Origin: Macrostomum lignano
Lineage: Eukaryota
Reading direction: 5' to 3'
DNA length: 64,000 bases
Assembly: GCA_002269645.1 (NCBI GenBank)
Contig: NIVC01000529.1
Location: 1-64,000 of the forward strand
Shown here: one piece after another, positions 1 to 12,360 of the stretch
How the letters are laid out: each line of letters opens with the position of its first letter
How positions within the stretch are numbered: the first letter of the stretch is position 1
Position numbers and translations under genes: made by a program
Notes under the pieces: generated by a model
What the model was told of the DNA's origin: nothing
Database searches by the model: none
Seen by the model: only the letters and a program-made list of their open reading frames with translations

Positions 1-500
1 AGCTGTCTGTCTGCCTCTCTCTCGCCTTTCTCTCGCCCTACCCTAGGCAGGGCTAGGCTCTCCGGCTCTCTCGGGGTTGTAAAAAGGAATTCCAGGCATG
101 ACAACACAGCGAGCGCGAGAGTCAAGGCGGTCGACAGCAGCCCATCTGGCACAGTTCGATTGTAGACGGGAAAAGTTGAAGTTTTAAGGCCTGGTCAGCA
201 TATGTCGCCAATACTCGGAGAGAGATGGGAGAGGCAACAGAAGTAAAACAGCATCGCACAGTTGTCGGTCTCGCCCAGCGGCAGCTGAAGTGCCCAAAAA
301 GCATTACCGTTTGCTTCCATTAAAAGCCTGCCCCCCCCAGCCTCTTCTTAACAAATTGGTGCGGCTGAAGCCCAGAAAGCTTTTTTTCGCACCCGGGTGC
401 CGCGTCGTAGCATTTCCGAAATTCCCCGAATATTCCGTATCGTTCGGAACCGATTTCTCCACTCGCCGCATTAAAAGCGCCACAATTCTTTGTTTTGCAG

Positions 501-593
501 GTCGAACCAAATCGAAGGACAGGAAGTGCCCGAAAAGGTGCAAATCGAATGACTCAAGCCTCACTCAGGTGGACTATTGTCTGCGACCGTGGG
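501..593 (+). CDS. Penultimate exon of netrin-like protein (start of NTR/C345C domain)
   Basis: ttttgcag|...|gtgagt. Encodes RTKSKDRKCPKRCKSNDSSLTQVDYCLRPW, resembling netrin 'C..YCK......MKKYCKKDY'. Phase 1 matches the next exon. Confidence 0.75.
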
Positions 594-659
594 GTGAGTA
601 TGGGAGAGCTGGCAAATATTGATGGAATCAACTAAAGAGTGGAATATAGATGGGATGAT

Positions 660-1145
660 GGAAACAGAACAGGGACAACAGGAAACAGAACAGGGAAAAC
701 AGGAAACAGAACAGGGACAACAGGAAACAGAACAGGGACAACAGGAAACAGAACAGGGAAAACAGGAAACAGAACAGGGAAAACAGGAAACAGAATAGGG
801 AAAACAGGAAATAGAATAGGGACAACAGGAAACAGAACAGGGAAAACAGGAAAAGAACAGGGAAAACAGGAAACAGAACAGGGAAAACAGGAAACAGAAC
901 AGGGAAAACAGGAAACAGAACAGGGAAAACAGGAAACAGAACAGGGAAACAGGAAACAGAATAGGGAAAACAGGAAATAGAATAGGGACAACAGGAAACA
1001 GAACAGGGAAAACAGGAAATAGAACAGGGAAAACAGGAAACAGAACAGGGAAAACAGGAAACAGAACAGGGAAAACAGAAAATGGAACAGGGAAAACAGG
1101 AAACAGAACAGGGACAACAGGAAACAGAACAGGGACAACAGGAAA
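660..1145 (+). repeat. 21-bp minisatellite GGAAACAGAACAGGGAAAACA
   Basis: Direct reading. Intronic. Confidence 0.95.
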
Positions 1146-1544
1146 CTTAACTTGTTCATCCATCAAATTCAGAGATTTGAGAGCTTAAATACCACAACGC
1201 GGAATTTCTGGGAGAGAAAAATGATTAGGAAAATATTTTTTTTCCAGCCTGGTATGAAGGTTTAGACAGAATCACCAAGGCATCGAACATTCTGGTGCAG
1301 AAATTTAGTTGGATCGATAATTTCTTGCCTTACTCAGCAGCCGTTGTTTCTCGTCACGAGTTTAGCAATTTTGGAATCGAGCGATTGGAGAGAGAGCTTG
1401 GGGGAGAAATGTCCTCGAAAGTGCAGATGAACATGGCTCAGTCCACTGCAATTAGAGGGGAACGCGTCATACTCAATGTTTCTTGGAAATCTTTTGAAGG
1501 CTCATTTTTCCATTTTTTTCGAATCCGTACCAACATTTCTATCG

Positions 1545-1810
1545 CAAATCTGAGACTGTGTGATATGGCGCCAAATCTATGATTGATTGATATGGCGCCA
1601 AATCTGGGACCGTTTGATATGGCACCAAATCTGAGACTGTTTGATATGATGCCAAAACTATGATTGATTGATATGGCGCCAAATCTGGGACTGTTTGATA
1701 TGGCGCCAAATCTGGGACTGTTTGATCTGGCGCCAAATCTGGGACTTTTTGAAATCTGGGACTGTTTGATATGGCGCCAAATCTGGGACTGTTTGATATG
1801 GCACCAAAAC
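1545..1810 (+). repeat. 27-bp minisatellite GATATGGCGCCAAATCTGGGACTGTTT
   Basis: Direct reading. Intronic. Confidence 0.9.
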
Positions 1811-2317
1811 TCTAAGATAGCTCCAAATTAAGACCCAGTTGCGGCATAAAATATGCAGAGGCATTAACGGCAAGCAGGTCCAGAGGTGTTAAACTCGCAC
1901 ACACACGCGCACATATGCACACAATAGCCTACTGATAAATCTAAAAGGCAAATAACAGCAACCGCTTGGAGAGAAGAAGCTGAAAATCGGAGAATTGTCT
2001 GAAGATCACGCGCCTCACCGGGTCGAGTGGCTGTGAAAAATTCAGTGGTTACAGAATTGCGGCTCCGTCAATCATACAGACAGGTTATTAATAGAATACT
2101 CAATTGACTGCTCAAGCAGTCTGGCTGTGTTATCATTTCTTTGGGCTACTCATCCAACCCCCGCAGCCCGGGGTGGTCAAGAATCGGTGTGGTCGTCTTT
2201 TGCTATTGTATAAAAATAAATAACTACGAAATTTAGCGCCAGGTGTGGCCACTGACACGGCACAGTCTTTGCTTAAGCGCACCATTGCTTGTGAGAAGCT
2301 GAGGGAGACAAGACTTC

Positions 2318-2600
2318 AGTGACACTTGTACAAGACTTTAGTTTTGTACAAGATTTCAGTGATGCTGTACAAGATTTCAGTGATGCTGTACAAGACATTA
2401 GTGACACTTTAGGGACACTTGTACAAGACTTTAGGGACACTTGTAAAAGACTTTAGTGACACTTGTACGAGACTTTAGTGATACTTGTACAATACTTTAG
2501 TGACACTTGCACAAGACTTAGGTGACACTTGTAGAAGACCTTAATGATAGGTCATACTTGTACAAGATTTCAGTGATACTGTACAAGACTCTATAGTGAC
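2318..2600 (+). repeat. 22-bp minisatellite TGTACAAGACTTTAGTGACACT
   Basis: Direct reading. Intronic. Confidence 0.9.
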
Positions 2601-2697
2601 GCTAAAACTCGAGAGCAGGAGTATACCAGACCAAAAGTCTAGTACAAGAACTTCACTGACGCCATGACCCCAACTCCCTCCACTGTCACCTTCGCAG

Positions 2698-3311
2698 CCA
2701 TCCGAGCGCAGGTGTTGAGCATCCGTCGCCAGCGCCGCTGGATGCAGGTGTCCGCCAGAATCTTCCCGTACAGATGTCCCACTCGCAGCTGCCCGACCAG
2801 CCCGTCGGCCACCTTCTGGATCAAACGTCGACATTGGCGCTGCCGCTGTCCCAGGCTGCGCCGCGGCGCCACCTACTTGGTGATGACGCGCGACAAGCAC
2901 CACCGGAAGCACCCGGACGACCTCGTGCTGGACAAACGATCCATTGTGCTCCGCTGGCAAGACAGCCAGCTCAACCAGCTCAGACAGTTTGAACGCTTCG
3001 TCGGGTACGACTACACCGCCGATGGCTGCGTCGACTGCGACTGCATCCGTCGGCGGCATCGGCAGCAGCGGCGACGGCGGCACCAGCGCAGGCGGGGCAG
3101 CTCGGGCGGCAGGAAGGCCTCCTCCCGGATGCGGAAGCGGGACTCCAGATCCGCGCCGCTGCCGCCGCCGCCGCCGCTGCCGGAGCCGCCGACGGAGCTG
3201 CCGCTTCTGCCGCTGTTTCGACGGCAAAGCCACCGAGGCAGACCTACCTTTACGGCGGCACAACGGACTGAACACCGAGGTCGGTCTGGTCTGAGAAAAG
3301 TCGAAAACTAG
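2698..3311 (+). CDS. Last exon of netrin-like protein (NTR/C345C domain plus basic/Pro-rich tail)
   Basis: Acceptor ccttcgcag at 2697. [46 protein letters not shown] aligns by eye with netrin LWIRSRDIACKCPKIK..YLLL..IVADKSSLVIQWRD. Upstream exons not identified in the window. Confidence 0.75.
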
Positions 3312-3489
3312 AAAAAGATTGGCTTATATTTTGCGAGACGCGCGAGGCGAACTTACTGGCTGCAGCTTTTGCCTCATTTTTTCAAATTTGTGTTTCCTTT
3401 TTTACGTTTTTTTGTTTTGTCAGTTTTTTCTTCTGCTGTCTTTGTGTTGTCATCGGTAGTTCTGAATCGCTTAGGCTCTATATCTGGCG

Positions 3490-3965
3490 CTTAGTGTCTA
3501 AAAAGTGGCGCTTAGTAGCTCAAAAGTGGCGCTTAGTGGCTCAAAAGTGGCGCTTAGTGGCTCAAAAGTGGCACTTAGTGACTCAAAGGTGGCACTTAGT
3601 GGCTCAAAGGTGGCACTTAGTAGCTCAAAAGTGGCACTTAGTGACTCAAAAGTGGCACTTAGTAGCTCAAAAGTGGCACTTAGTGACTCAAAAGTGGCAC
3701 TTAGTGGCTTAAAAGTGGCGCTTATAGTGGCTCAAAAGTGGCACTTAGTGGCTTAAAAGTGGCGCTTATAGTGGCTCAAAAGTGGCGTTAGTGGCTCAAA
3801 AGTGGCGCTTATAGTGGCTCAAAAGTGGCACTTAGTGGCTTAAAAGTGGCGCTTATAGTGGCTCAAAAGTGGCGTTAGTGGCTCAAAAGTGGCGCTTATA
3901 GTGGCTCAAAAGTGGCACTTAGTGGCTCAAAAGTGGCACTTAGTGGCTCAAAAGTGGCGCTTAGT
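3490..3965 (+). repeat. 21/23-bp minisatellite AAAGTGGCACTTAGTGGCTCA
   Basis: Direct reading. Confidence 0.95.
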
Positions 3966-4809
3966 CAGGTTAAACGAGATCAAAACTGGCATCACGTGAG
4001 TCAAATATGGCAAAGTCAAAAGCCCCCTCCCCTCAGCTTCCTGTCATATTCGTGCGTCTTAACTTGTTTCTGCTTTGAATCCAGTGGACTCATCTTCAAC
4101 TTTAATATTTTCTTGTTTTGCTGTCAGACCAACCGAAGGCGGTTACAACTTACCTCATTGCACTTGCTGTCTGCCTGTTGTTTCTGACTCTGTAATCATT
4201 TGAAATCATTTTTCTATTCAGTGTTATAATGCTGACTGGGTTTTTATTGTTTTTCATTTAATTTTGCGCTTTTTTGTTTAACTGCTCTTTGCAAAAGAAA
4301 TTAGTATTCGAACTAGCTGACCCCATCAGACCCCTGTAAATAGTTTGGTTGCGATGGCAACTGTATTGCAAAAATAATTTAACATTTTAAACCCCAGCTC
4401 TTGTCTATAACAAAATAGTTCACTTTTGTGTTGATATTAATTACTAACTAATGTGTTACAATACTTATATACATACGGTACTAATTTTGGTAGTAACGAA
4501 GCCTACAAAGTCATCAATATAGTATAATTGTAACTTTATTTTAACACGTTCGATCCACTTTAAGCACACTTATTCTACTTACTTAGATGTTGGCGTTTAG
4601 CTACTGTTATTAGTAGTGCATATTGGCTACTTATAAACGAAAACTTATCAAATTAATGGTAATCGAAAATTATTGAATGTGCTGTTCTTGCAAAAATAAA
4701 TTTTGGTTACTTAAATAAACTGCTTCTTAGTAGTCGCGGCCCTCAGTTAACTGGAATTTGGCATTGTGCCAGACTTTACTGATAACATATACCGAAATGC
4801 TGATGCATG

Positions 4810-5480
4810 CCAAAGAGAGATACAGCTGAGAAAGAAAGGAAGAAAGGAGACCGAAGGGAGGGTGAAGTGAGGGCGAAGAGAGAGCATAGAAGTATAGAGA
4901 GGGAGAAAAGAAGGTATAGAGAAGGCGAAGAGAGGGTGTGAAGGGAGGGTGAAGAGAGGGTGTGAAGGGAGGGTGAAGAGAGGGTATAGAGAGGGCGAAG
5001 AGGGGGTGAAGGGATTACGAAGAGAGGGTGAAGGGATTACAAAGAGAGGGTGAAGGGATTACAAAGAGATGGTGAAGGGATTACAAAGAGAGGGGGTGAA
5101 GGGAGGGTGAAGAGAGGGTATAGAGAGGGCGAAGAGGGGGTGAAGGGATTACGAAGAGAGGGTGAAGGGATTACAAAGAGAGGGTGAAGGGATTACAAAG
5201 AGATGGTGAAGGGATTACAAAGAGAGGGTGAAGGGATTACAAAGAGAGGGTGAAGGGATTACAAAGAGAGGGTGAAGGGATTACAAAGAGAGGGTGACGG
5301 GAGTACGAAGAAAGGGGAATGGTGGGCGAAGGGAGGGCGAAGGGAGGGCGAAGAGAGGGCCAAGGGAGGGCCAAGGGAGGGCGAAGGGCGGGCGAAGGGA
5401 GGGCGAAGGGCAGGCGAAGGGAGGGCGAAGGGAGGGCGAAGGGAGGGCGAAGGGAGGGCGAAGGGAGGGCGAAGGGAAAA
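4810..5480 (+). repeat. Purine-rich 22-bp and 11-bp (GAAGGGAGGGC) arrays
   Basis: Direct reading. Confidence 0.9.
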
Positions 5481-6902
5481 GGAGAGGGTTCATAAGCTCC
5501 TCTTAACATCTGAAAGTTTACAAGTGGAGTCTTAGTTAATTCTGCTCCCATCATGAACCTCGCGAAGTGTTCCAGCCAAATGCAGACAGTAACAAGGGCA
5601 GACTGCAAGACTAGAAGAGCAGAATAGCAGAATAAGAAGCTTTCTGATTACTGTTTACCTGCCAGTGTGAGCACGTGACCCTACAGCTCAAGGCTGGCCA
5701 GGTGTGTAGATGCGCCGGAAATTCCATCTCGAACCAGCCGACCTCAAAAGTGCGCACGGCTGCTCAAACACACACGCAAACACACCCCCTGACACACCTC
5801 ACACTCCCATGAACCTCGAGAGGATCGAGATTTACGTCAGGCAAATTAGGAGAGTATAGACATCCGCAGGCTTTTGCAATTTCCTGGAGGCTGCTGCTGC
5901 TTCTGCGGTTCGGGAAAATTCCTTTCATCCGTGTTTCTGCGTTAATCAAAATTCCCAGTTGGAGAAGCCTAAGCCTTAGTTATTTTATGGGAAACACTGC
6001 AGGATCCACTTTGCAAAGTCCTCTAATGGACTTGCTTGTCTTTATAGAGCTGCTTTGGAACTGCAAAAGGAACTCTCGGGTGATTGGCGGCGCTTTCTTG
6101 GCTTCCTGTTTTGTACTTCATCTGCGCAGCGTTGTGGACTGGGAAAAATCTGTTCACAAAGGCTAGAGAGAGAGAGGGGGGCGCATATCTATTTTTTTAC
6201 AATATTTGACACCACAAATAAACTTGACGACTGTGACCTGACCTGAGCCCAAGAGAAGAAACGACGAGAAATTAAATTTAAAATAACGATGTACGTGCAC
6301 ATTCATTAGATGTCAGCGAAGCTGATGGACACCGAAGGTACCATCCATGCATTCGTGTCTTCACGCATGCAAGCCGCCGTAGCATATCAGAACGGCAAAA
6401 CGATGGCTGCACCACCATCTGGGACACTGGCGTCCTCAGGCAGCGGTGTGAGGATTCTGCGACGCTATCAAGTACGAGTAAAATGTACTTGCGACTTCAG
6501 CAAGCCCGATCCCAGTCTGGCACAGGAAGCAGATGCGCACTCTGCATCAAAATCCTCCCTCAGACTTGTGCTGCTCTCCTCAGTCCAGCAGCAACTCTTT
6601 TTGTCGAGGCTCCGCTTCGTGTTTGTAGGTATTCATCGTACATTAGGACCACAAAAGATGTACATCACCTGACTGACTGGCGCCTCGCTTATCCAGCCTC
6701 ATATTTTAGACCCGTAGCCTCGGGAGTCGAGAATATTCTGCACTGCACTCACTTTAGGGGAGGGGCTAAATCATTAAAATACCCTTAAAAATATCCACGC
6801 AATAAATCACCCGAGCTCAAGTTGCATTCAGTTTGTGCCAGACACGTGCATTTAAAATGCGCTCTTGCACCAGGGTCAAGCAGGGGAAATGCGCGCTTGT
6901 CC

Positions 6903-7435
6903 AGAGGGAGAGAGGAGAGAGGGAGAGGGAGGGAGGGAGAGGGAGAGAGAGCGAGAGGGAGAGAGAGGGAGAGAAGGAGAAGGAGAGAGGGAGAGAGGGA
7001 GAGAGGAGAGGGAGAGAGAGGGAGAGAGAGCGAGAGAGGGAGAGAGGGAGAGAGAGAGGAGAGAAGGAAAGAAGGAGAGAGGAGAGAGGAGAGAGAGAGG
7101 GAGAGAGGGAGAGAGGGAGAGAGAGGGGGAGAGAGAGGAAGCGAGGGGAGAGGGAGAGAGGGAGAGAGAGGGGGAGAGAGAGGAGAGAGGGAGAGAGGGA
7201 GAGAGAGGGGAGAGAGAGGAGAGAGGGAGAGAGGAAGAGAGAGGAAGAGAGAGAGGGAGAGAGGGAGAGAGAGGGGAGAGAGAGGAAGCGAGGGAGAGAG
7301 GGAGAGAGGGAGAGAGGAAGAGAGAGGGGGAGAGAGAGGAGAGAGGGAGAGAGAGGGGAGAGAGAGAGCGAGGGAGAGAGGGAGAGGAGAGAGAGGGGAG
7401 GAGAGAGAGGGAGAGAGGGAGAGTGGGAAGGCCTG
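6903..7435 (+). repeat. GA-rich homopurine low-complexity tract
   Basis: Almost entirely A/G. Confidence 0.95.
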
Positions 7436-7699
7436 TGAAATGGGGAGACAGGGCAAAACCGAAAGCAAGAGCCACTGCCACTGCCGTATTTACCGTCAAG
7501 ATGCTTGAGCTCCCCAATTCGCTGAAGAGTTTTGCCGCAGTATATCGCAATCTGCAGCTAAATGATTCAAATTCACAAACAGTTTATACTCGTATTTAAT
7601 GACGGATTTCCACAAGTGTTTACAGGTAGCTACGAGTATATACTCGTGTGTCTCTATTGATCTCAGTAAAATTGACTCTTTCGTTGCCAAGCTGCATGC

Positions 7700-8849
7700 T
7701 CAAACGCTCGAGTCGACGAAGCATTTCAGCGCCTGAGCTTCGTCTGGTGGCATGAGCTGCCCATTTCTTGGAATTTGCTGCTCCTGCTGCTTCTGCTGCG
7801 GCTCCAGAAGCTGCTGCTGCTGCTGTTGGTTCTCAATTCGTCTCATCTGCTGAGCCGAGCTTTCCGCCTCGTTGCCATAGCAACCAGCCAAACAGCTGGG
7901 CAGCATCTGCACCAGACATGTCTTGAACCTGTTGTTACTGGCAACGTAGATGAAGAAGTTGCAGCTTCCGTCCAGTGAGCCAACGGCATTGGAGACCAGC
8001 GTCAGGGCGATGTACACACCTGGGGTCAGGTGGGTCAGGGTGATGTACACACCTGGGGTCAAGTGGGTCAGAGTGATGTACACACCTAGGGTCAGGTTGG
8101 TCAGGGCGATGTACACACCTGGGGTCAGGTTGGTCAGGTTGATGTACACACCTGGGGTCAGGTTAGTCAGGGCTATGTACACACCTGGGGTCAGTTTGGT
8201 CAGGGCCATGTACACACCTGGGGTCAGTTTGGTCAGGGCTATGTACACACCTGGGGTCAGTTTGGTCAGGGCTATGTACACACCTGGGGTCAGTTTGGTC
8301 AGGGCCATGTACACACCTGGGGTCAGTTTGGTCAGGGCTATGTACACACCTGGGGTCAGTTTGGTCAGGGCTATGTACACACCTGGGGTCAAGTGGGTCA
8401 GAGTGATGTACACACCTGGGGTCAGGTTGGTCAGGGCGATGACGCCCCAGGCCAGCTGCGGCAGCTGGCAGGCGATGTACAAGTTGGTGAGCATGAGCAC
8501 AGTTCTGGTAGCCTGTCCGCTTCTCTGCTCGGCGCACCGTCTGGCCCGGTGTCCCTGGCCGTGCTGGCTGCGCAGCTCCCGGCCGGACCGGCGCACCCGC
8601 AGCACCGTCAGCCAGTTGCACACGCAGGCGGCCAGCACGGGGCCGCCGATCTGCAGGCCGAAGTTCACCAAGCCGGTGTACATCCTGGTCAGCTTGGTGG
8701 TGGCGATCTCAGCGTAGTGCAGGCCGTCTGGACAGGCGGCCAGCCGGAGGTTGACCTCCATGAAGCGCGGGGTGCCGAGCGTCAGGGCGAGGATGCAGAG
8801 GCCGATTGTCACGCATTTGAGGTGGCGTCGGAGCGGCAGAGAGCGGCTT
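7700..8849 (-). CDS. GPCR coding exon 2 (TM4-TM7, C-tail); 8020-8415 may be an intron
   Basis: Acceptor ccacag, phase 2. LGTPRFMEV (TM4), QIGGPVLAACVCNWL (TM5), YIACQLPQL (TM6), GSCNFFIY (TM7 NxxxY), Gln-rich tail. Confidence 0.75.
7995..8445 (-). repeat. 33-bp in-frame repeat (TPGVYIALTKL x13) within GPCR
   Basis: 13 units counted in the ORF translation. Confidence 0.95.
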
Positions 8850-9289
8850 CTGTGGTTTGTAGAAGTTTCAGGTGCTTTCTTTAGGGCCGCGCACGAAATC
8901 GAACCATGGGGGTCGTGGCGCTACCCCTAGTAGTAAGAGTGACTCAGGTGGGACTCAGGTGTATCATAGCTGACGCATTAAATGGCACTTTATCTCGAAC
9001 AGCGAGATTGAATTATTCAATGTACCATGCAAGGTGACATTGGATTTTGACATTTCTTTACCGTCTAATCATCTCCTTTCAGGCTAAGTGCTGCAGTGGC
9101 GACAGAGCGCTTTTGCGGGCCTTTCAGCTGATTAAAGAAGCCGGATCCAATTAGCTAAATAACAGCCCACAGCTCTGCTACAAAATGACAGGGCGACACA
9201 GAATCGGTTCTTGGGTTTTTAATCTTCAAATTGCAACCCTGGATCATATTATCTAGCCTTAAATCATGTGTTTGATTTCTGCGAAGCAG

Positions 9290-9645
9290 CTTGCTTGCCG
9301 ATGGGGTGGTGGGTCAGTTATTGCGCACAAGTGGTGAAGCAGCTTGCTTGCCGATTGGGGTGGTGGGTCAGTCAGTGCGCACTACTAACTAACTAAATAA
9401 GTAATACGGCGCCTCAGCCATTGAACAGGCTCTTACGCCACAAGACTGACCCAAACAGGGCTGGTGGTGGGTCAGTCAGTGCGCACAAGTGAAGCGGCTC
9501 GCTTATCAATTGGGGTGTTGGGGTGGTGGGTCAGTCAGTGTGCACAAGTAAAGCGGCTCGCTTATCAATTGGGATGTTGGGGTGGTGGGTCAGTCAGTGC
9601 GCACAAGCGAAGCGGCTCGCTTATCGATTGGGGTGGTGGGTCAGG
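9290..9645 (+). repeat. Degenerate repeat of about 56 bp in GPCR intron
   Basis: ggggtggtgggtcagtcagtgcgcacaag recurs about 6 times. Confidence 0.8.
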
Positions 9646-9740
9646 CCATAATTAAAGTCCAAAATTTAACTGAGTGCGGGCTGGCAGCTATCGCCTATTA
9701 TTTAATGTCATTAATTAATGAATTGAATGAAGGTGCAAAC

Positions 9741-10195
9741 CTTAGGGGAGCGTAGATCTTGATGACTCTGGACAGAGCGATGAGCAGAATCAGCCAGTTG
9801 TGCGCCATCACCAGCGAGACTCTCAGCGCCCAAGCTGGCGGGTGCAGGTAGGCCAATGCCAGGTAGAACTCCCTAGAATGGCCGCCGCTCACCTGGAGCG
9901 TATGGCAGGCATTGTCTAGAAGGTTCAGCAGTACATAGAGCGTGTCCGGCACGGCCAGGTAGCGAAGTAACCTGGCCAGCTCAGACTGAGCTCCCGCTCG
10001 AGTCAGCACCGCATAGGACAGGCTGTTGAGCAGTATTCCAGCGCCTGTGAGCAGCATCTGCGCCAGGTTCAGTAAGACTACCAGAGCCAGTAGTGGCCCG
10101 CTGCTCTGGTACCTGTAGTCCGCCTCGGTGCAGTTGACGATTTCCACGAATCTGTAGTACACGGCCGGGGCCGGAGTCCTGCCTGGGGCGAGCAT
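9741..10195 (-). CDS. Rhodopsin-class (peptide/FMRFamide-receptor-like) GPCR, coding exon 1 (TM1-TM3)
   Basis: GILLNSLSYAVL (TM1 N), LRYLAVPDTLY (TM2 LAxxD), NWLILLIALSRVIKIYAPLR (TM3/ICL2). Phase-2 donor AG|gtttgc. Confidence 0.8.
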
Positions 10196-10499
10196 GTCAG
10201 TCAGTAAAAGAGCCTCTCACACGGGAATCTGCAAGAGAATTCGATTACCTGCTACTCCCCTTCGGCCTGCCCGCTCACCTGGCTTTAGTAGCCATGCTCG
10301 GCTGAGTCAGCAAGCCGGTTCGCTTTGCCGCGATTGGCCCAGCCAATATGGAAATTTTCCAATGTAAAATTCCAATTATGCTAGTTAGCCGGCTGGAGCA
10401 TGTGATGCCAAGACTGACTTGGAATTTTGCTATTGAATTATCGCGTGAGCTTCTGTGCGCAACCCGTAACAATACCTTATAACAGGTAGTTAATACACA

Positions 10500-11510
10500 T
10501 GTCTAGCAGGTGACGCCATCCTGTCTAACAGGTGACGCCATCCTATCTAACAGGTGACACATCTATCTAACAGGTGGCACCATCCTGTCTAACAGGTGAC
10601 GCCATCCTATCTAACAGGTGACACCATCCTGTCTAACAGGTGACGCCATCCTATCTAACAGGTGACACATCTATCTAACAGGTGGCACCATCCTGTCTAA
10701 CAGGTGACGCCATCCTATCTAACAGGTGACACCATCCTATCTAACAGGTGACACATCTATCTAACAGGTGGCACCATGCTGTCTAACAGGTGACACCATC
10801 CTGTCTAACAGGTGACGCCATCCTGTCTAACAGGTGACACCATTTGTCTAACAGGTGACGCCATCCTATCTAACAGGTGACACCATCCCATCTAACAGGT
10901 GACACATCTATCTAACAGGTGGCACCATCCTGTCTAACAGGTGACACCATCCTATCTAATAGGTGACACATCTATCTAACAGGTGGCACCATCCTGTCTA
11001 ACAGGTGACACCATCCTATCTAATAGGTGACACACCTATCTAACAGGTGGCAGCATGCTGTCTAACAGGTGACACCATCCTGTCTAACAGGTGACGCCAT
11101 CCTTTCTAACAGGTGACACCATCCTGTCTAACAGGTGAAACACCTAACAGGTGACACCATCCTTTTCTAACAGGTGACACCATCCCATCTAACAGGTGAC
11201 ACATCTATCTAACAGGTGGCACCATCCTGTCTAACAGGTGACACCATCCTATCTAATAGGTGACACAATCCTGTCTTACAGGTGACACACCTGGCTAAAA
11301 GGTGATACCATCCTTTTCTAACAGGTGACACCATCCTGTCTAGCAGGTGACACCATTCTGTCTAACAGGTGGGCACTATTCGGTCCAACAGGTGTCACCA
11401 TCATGTCTAACAGGTGACACAATCACCAGGTGACACCATCATGTCTAACAGGTGACACAATCACCAGGTGACACCATCCTGTCTAACAGGTGACACTATA
11501 TTGTCTAACA
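10500..11510 (+). repeat. 22-bp minisatellite GTCTAACAGGTGACACCATCCT
   Basis: Direct reading. Confidence 0.95.
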
Positions 11511-12051
11511 CCTATATAATTGGCAACCGGTTACTATATTCACCTACATGCATGCACATTTGGATGCAGCAGATGTATATTCAAGTAGATTTGTATCAAG
11601 TAAATTTCAGGAATGATACGAGCTATTTAAACTCTATCGTAAGCTAATTCACACAAGCTAGAATTGTCACTTGAATTGAGTTGAATTGTCACTCAACAAA
11701 GGCCGTCTTAAACAGGCGATTTGAAATACATAAACCATAATTTCTGGGAGGACTCACAAGAGTGCATGAAAGCGGTCCATAAGATAAAAGCCTATACAAT
11801 ATCAAGCAAAAGATTTTGTTATATCTTTATAATAAGTATCGTTAGTACCAAGCAAAAGATTGCTTTGGTGCTGATGGCTCAATATTGATTAATTATCAAG
11901 ACAGATCATTCCTTTTAGACGATTTTTCGTCCATCGAAACTTTCATGTGCATCGCCTATTACTCGCAATATCACCTTCAAGTAGCATTATTAGAAATTAA
12001 AATTCGGAAATAGTATTAAAAAATAAATGCTCCCTACTACTTTGTAGGGAT

Positions 12052-12360
12052 ATGACCAATTGATGCAGCAATACCCGAATGACCAATTGATGCAGCAATA
12101 CCTGAATGACCAATTGATGCAGCAATACCTGAATGACCTATTGATGCAGCAATACCCGAATGACCAATTGATGCAGCAATACCCGAATGACCAATTGATG
12201 CAGCAATACCTGAATGACCTATTGATGCAGCAATACCTGAATGACCAATTGATGCAGCAATACCGGATGACCATTTGATGCAGAAATACCGGATGACCCA
12301 ATTGATGCAGCAATACCTGGATGACCCAGTTGATGCAGCAATACCTGGATGACCCAATTG
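12052..12360 (+). repeat. 27-bp minisatellite AATTGATGCAGCAATACCTGAATGACC
   Basis: Direct reading. Confidence 0.95.

Noticed and set aside
6310-6788. Unique-sequence ORFs between the netrin-like gene and GPCR
   Set aside because: No recognisable motif or consistent splice chain, and minus frames have stops. Possibly a TE remnant or UTR.
6785-7599. ER/G-rich and SLP-rich ORFs
   Set aside because: GA low-complexity tract.
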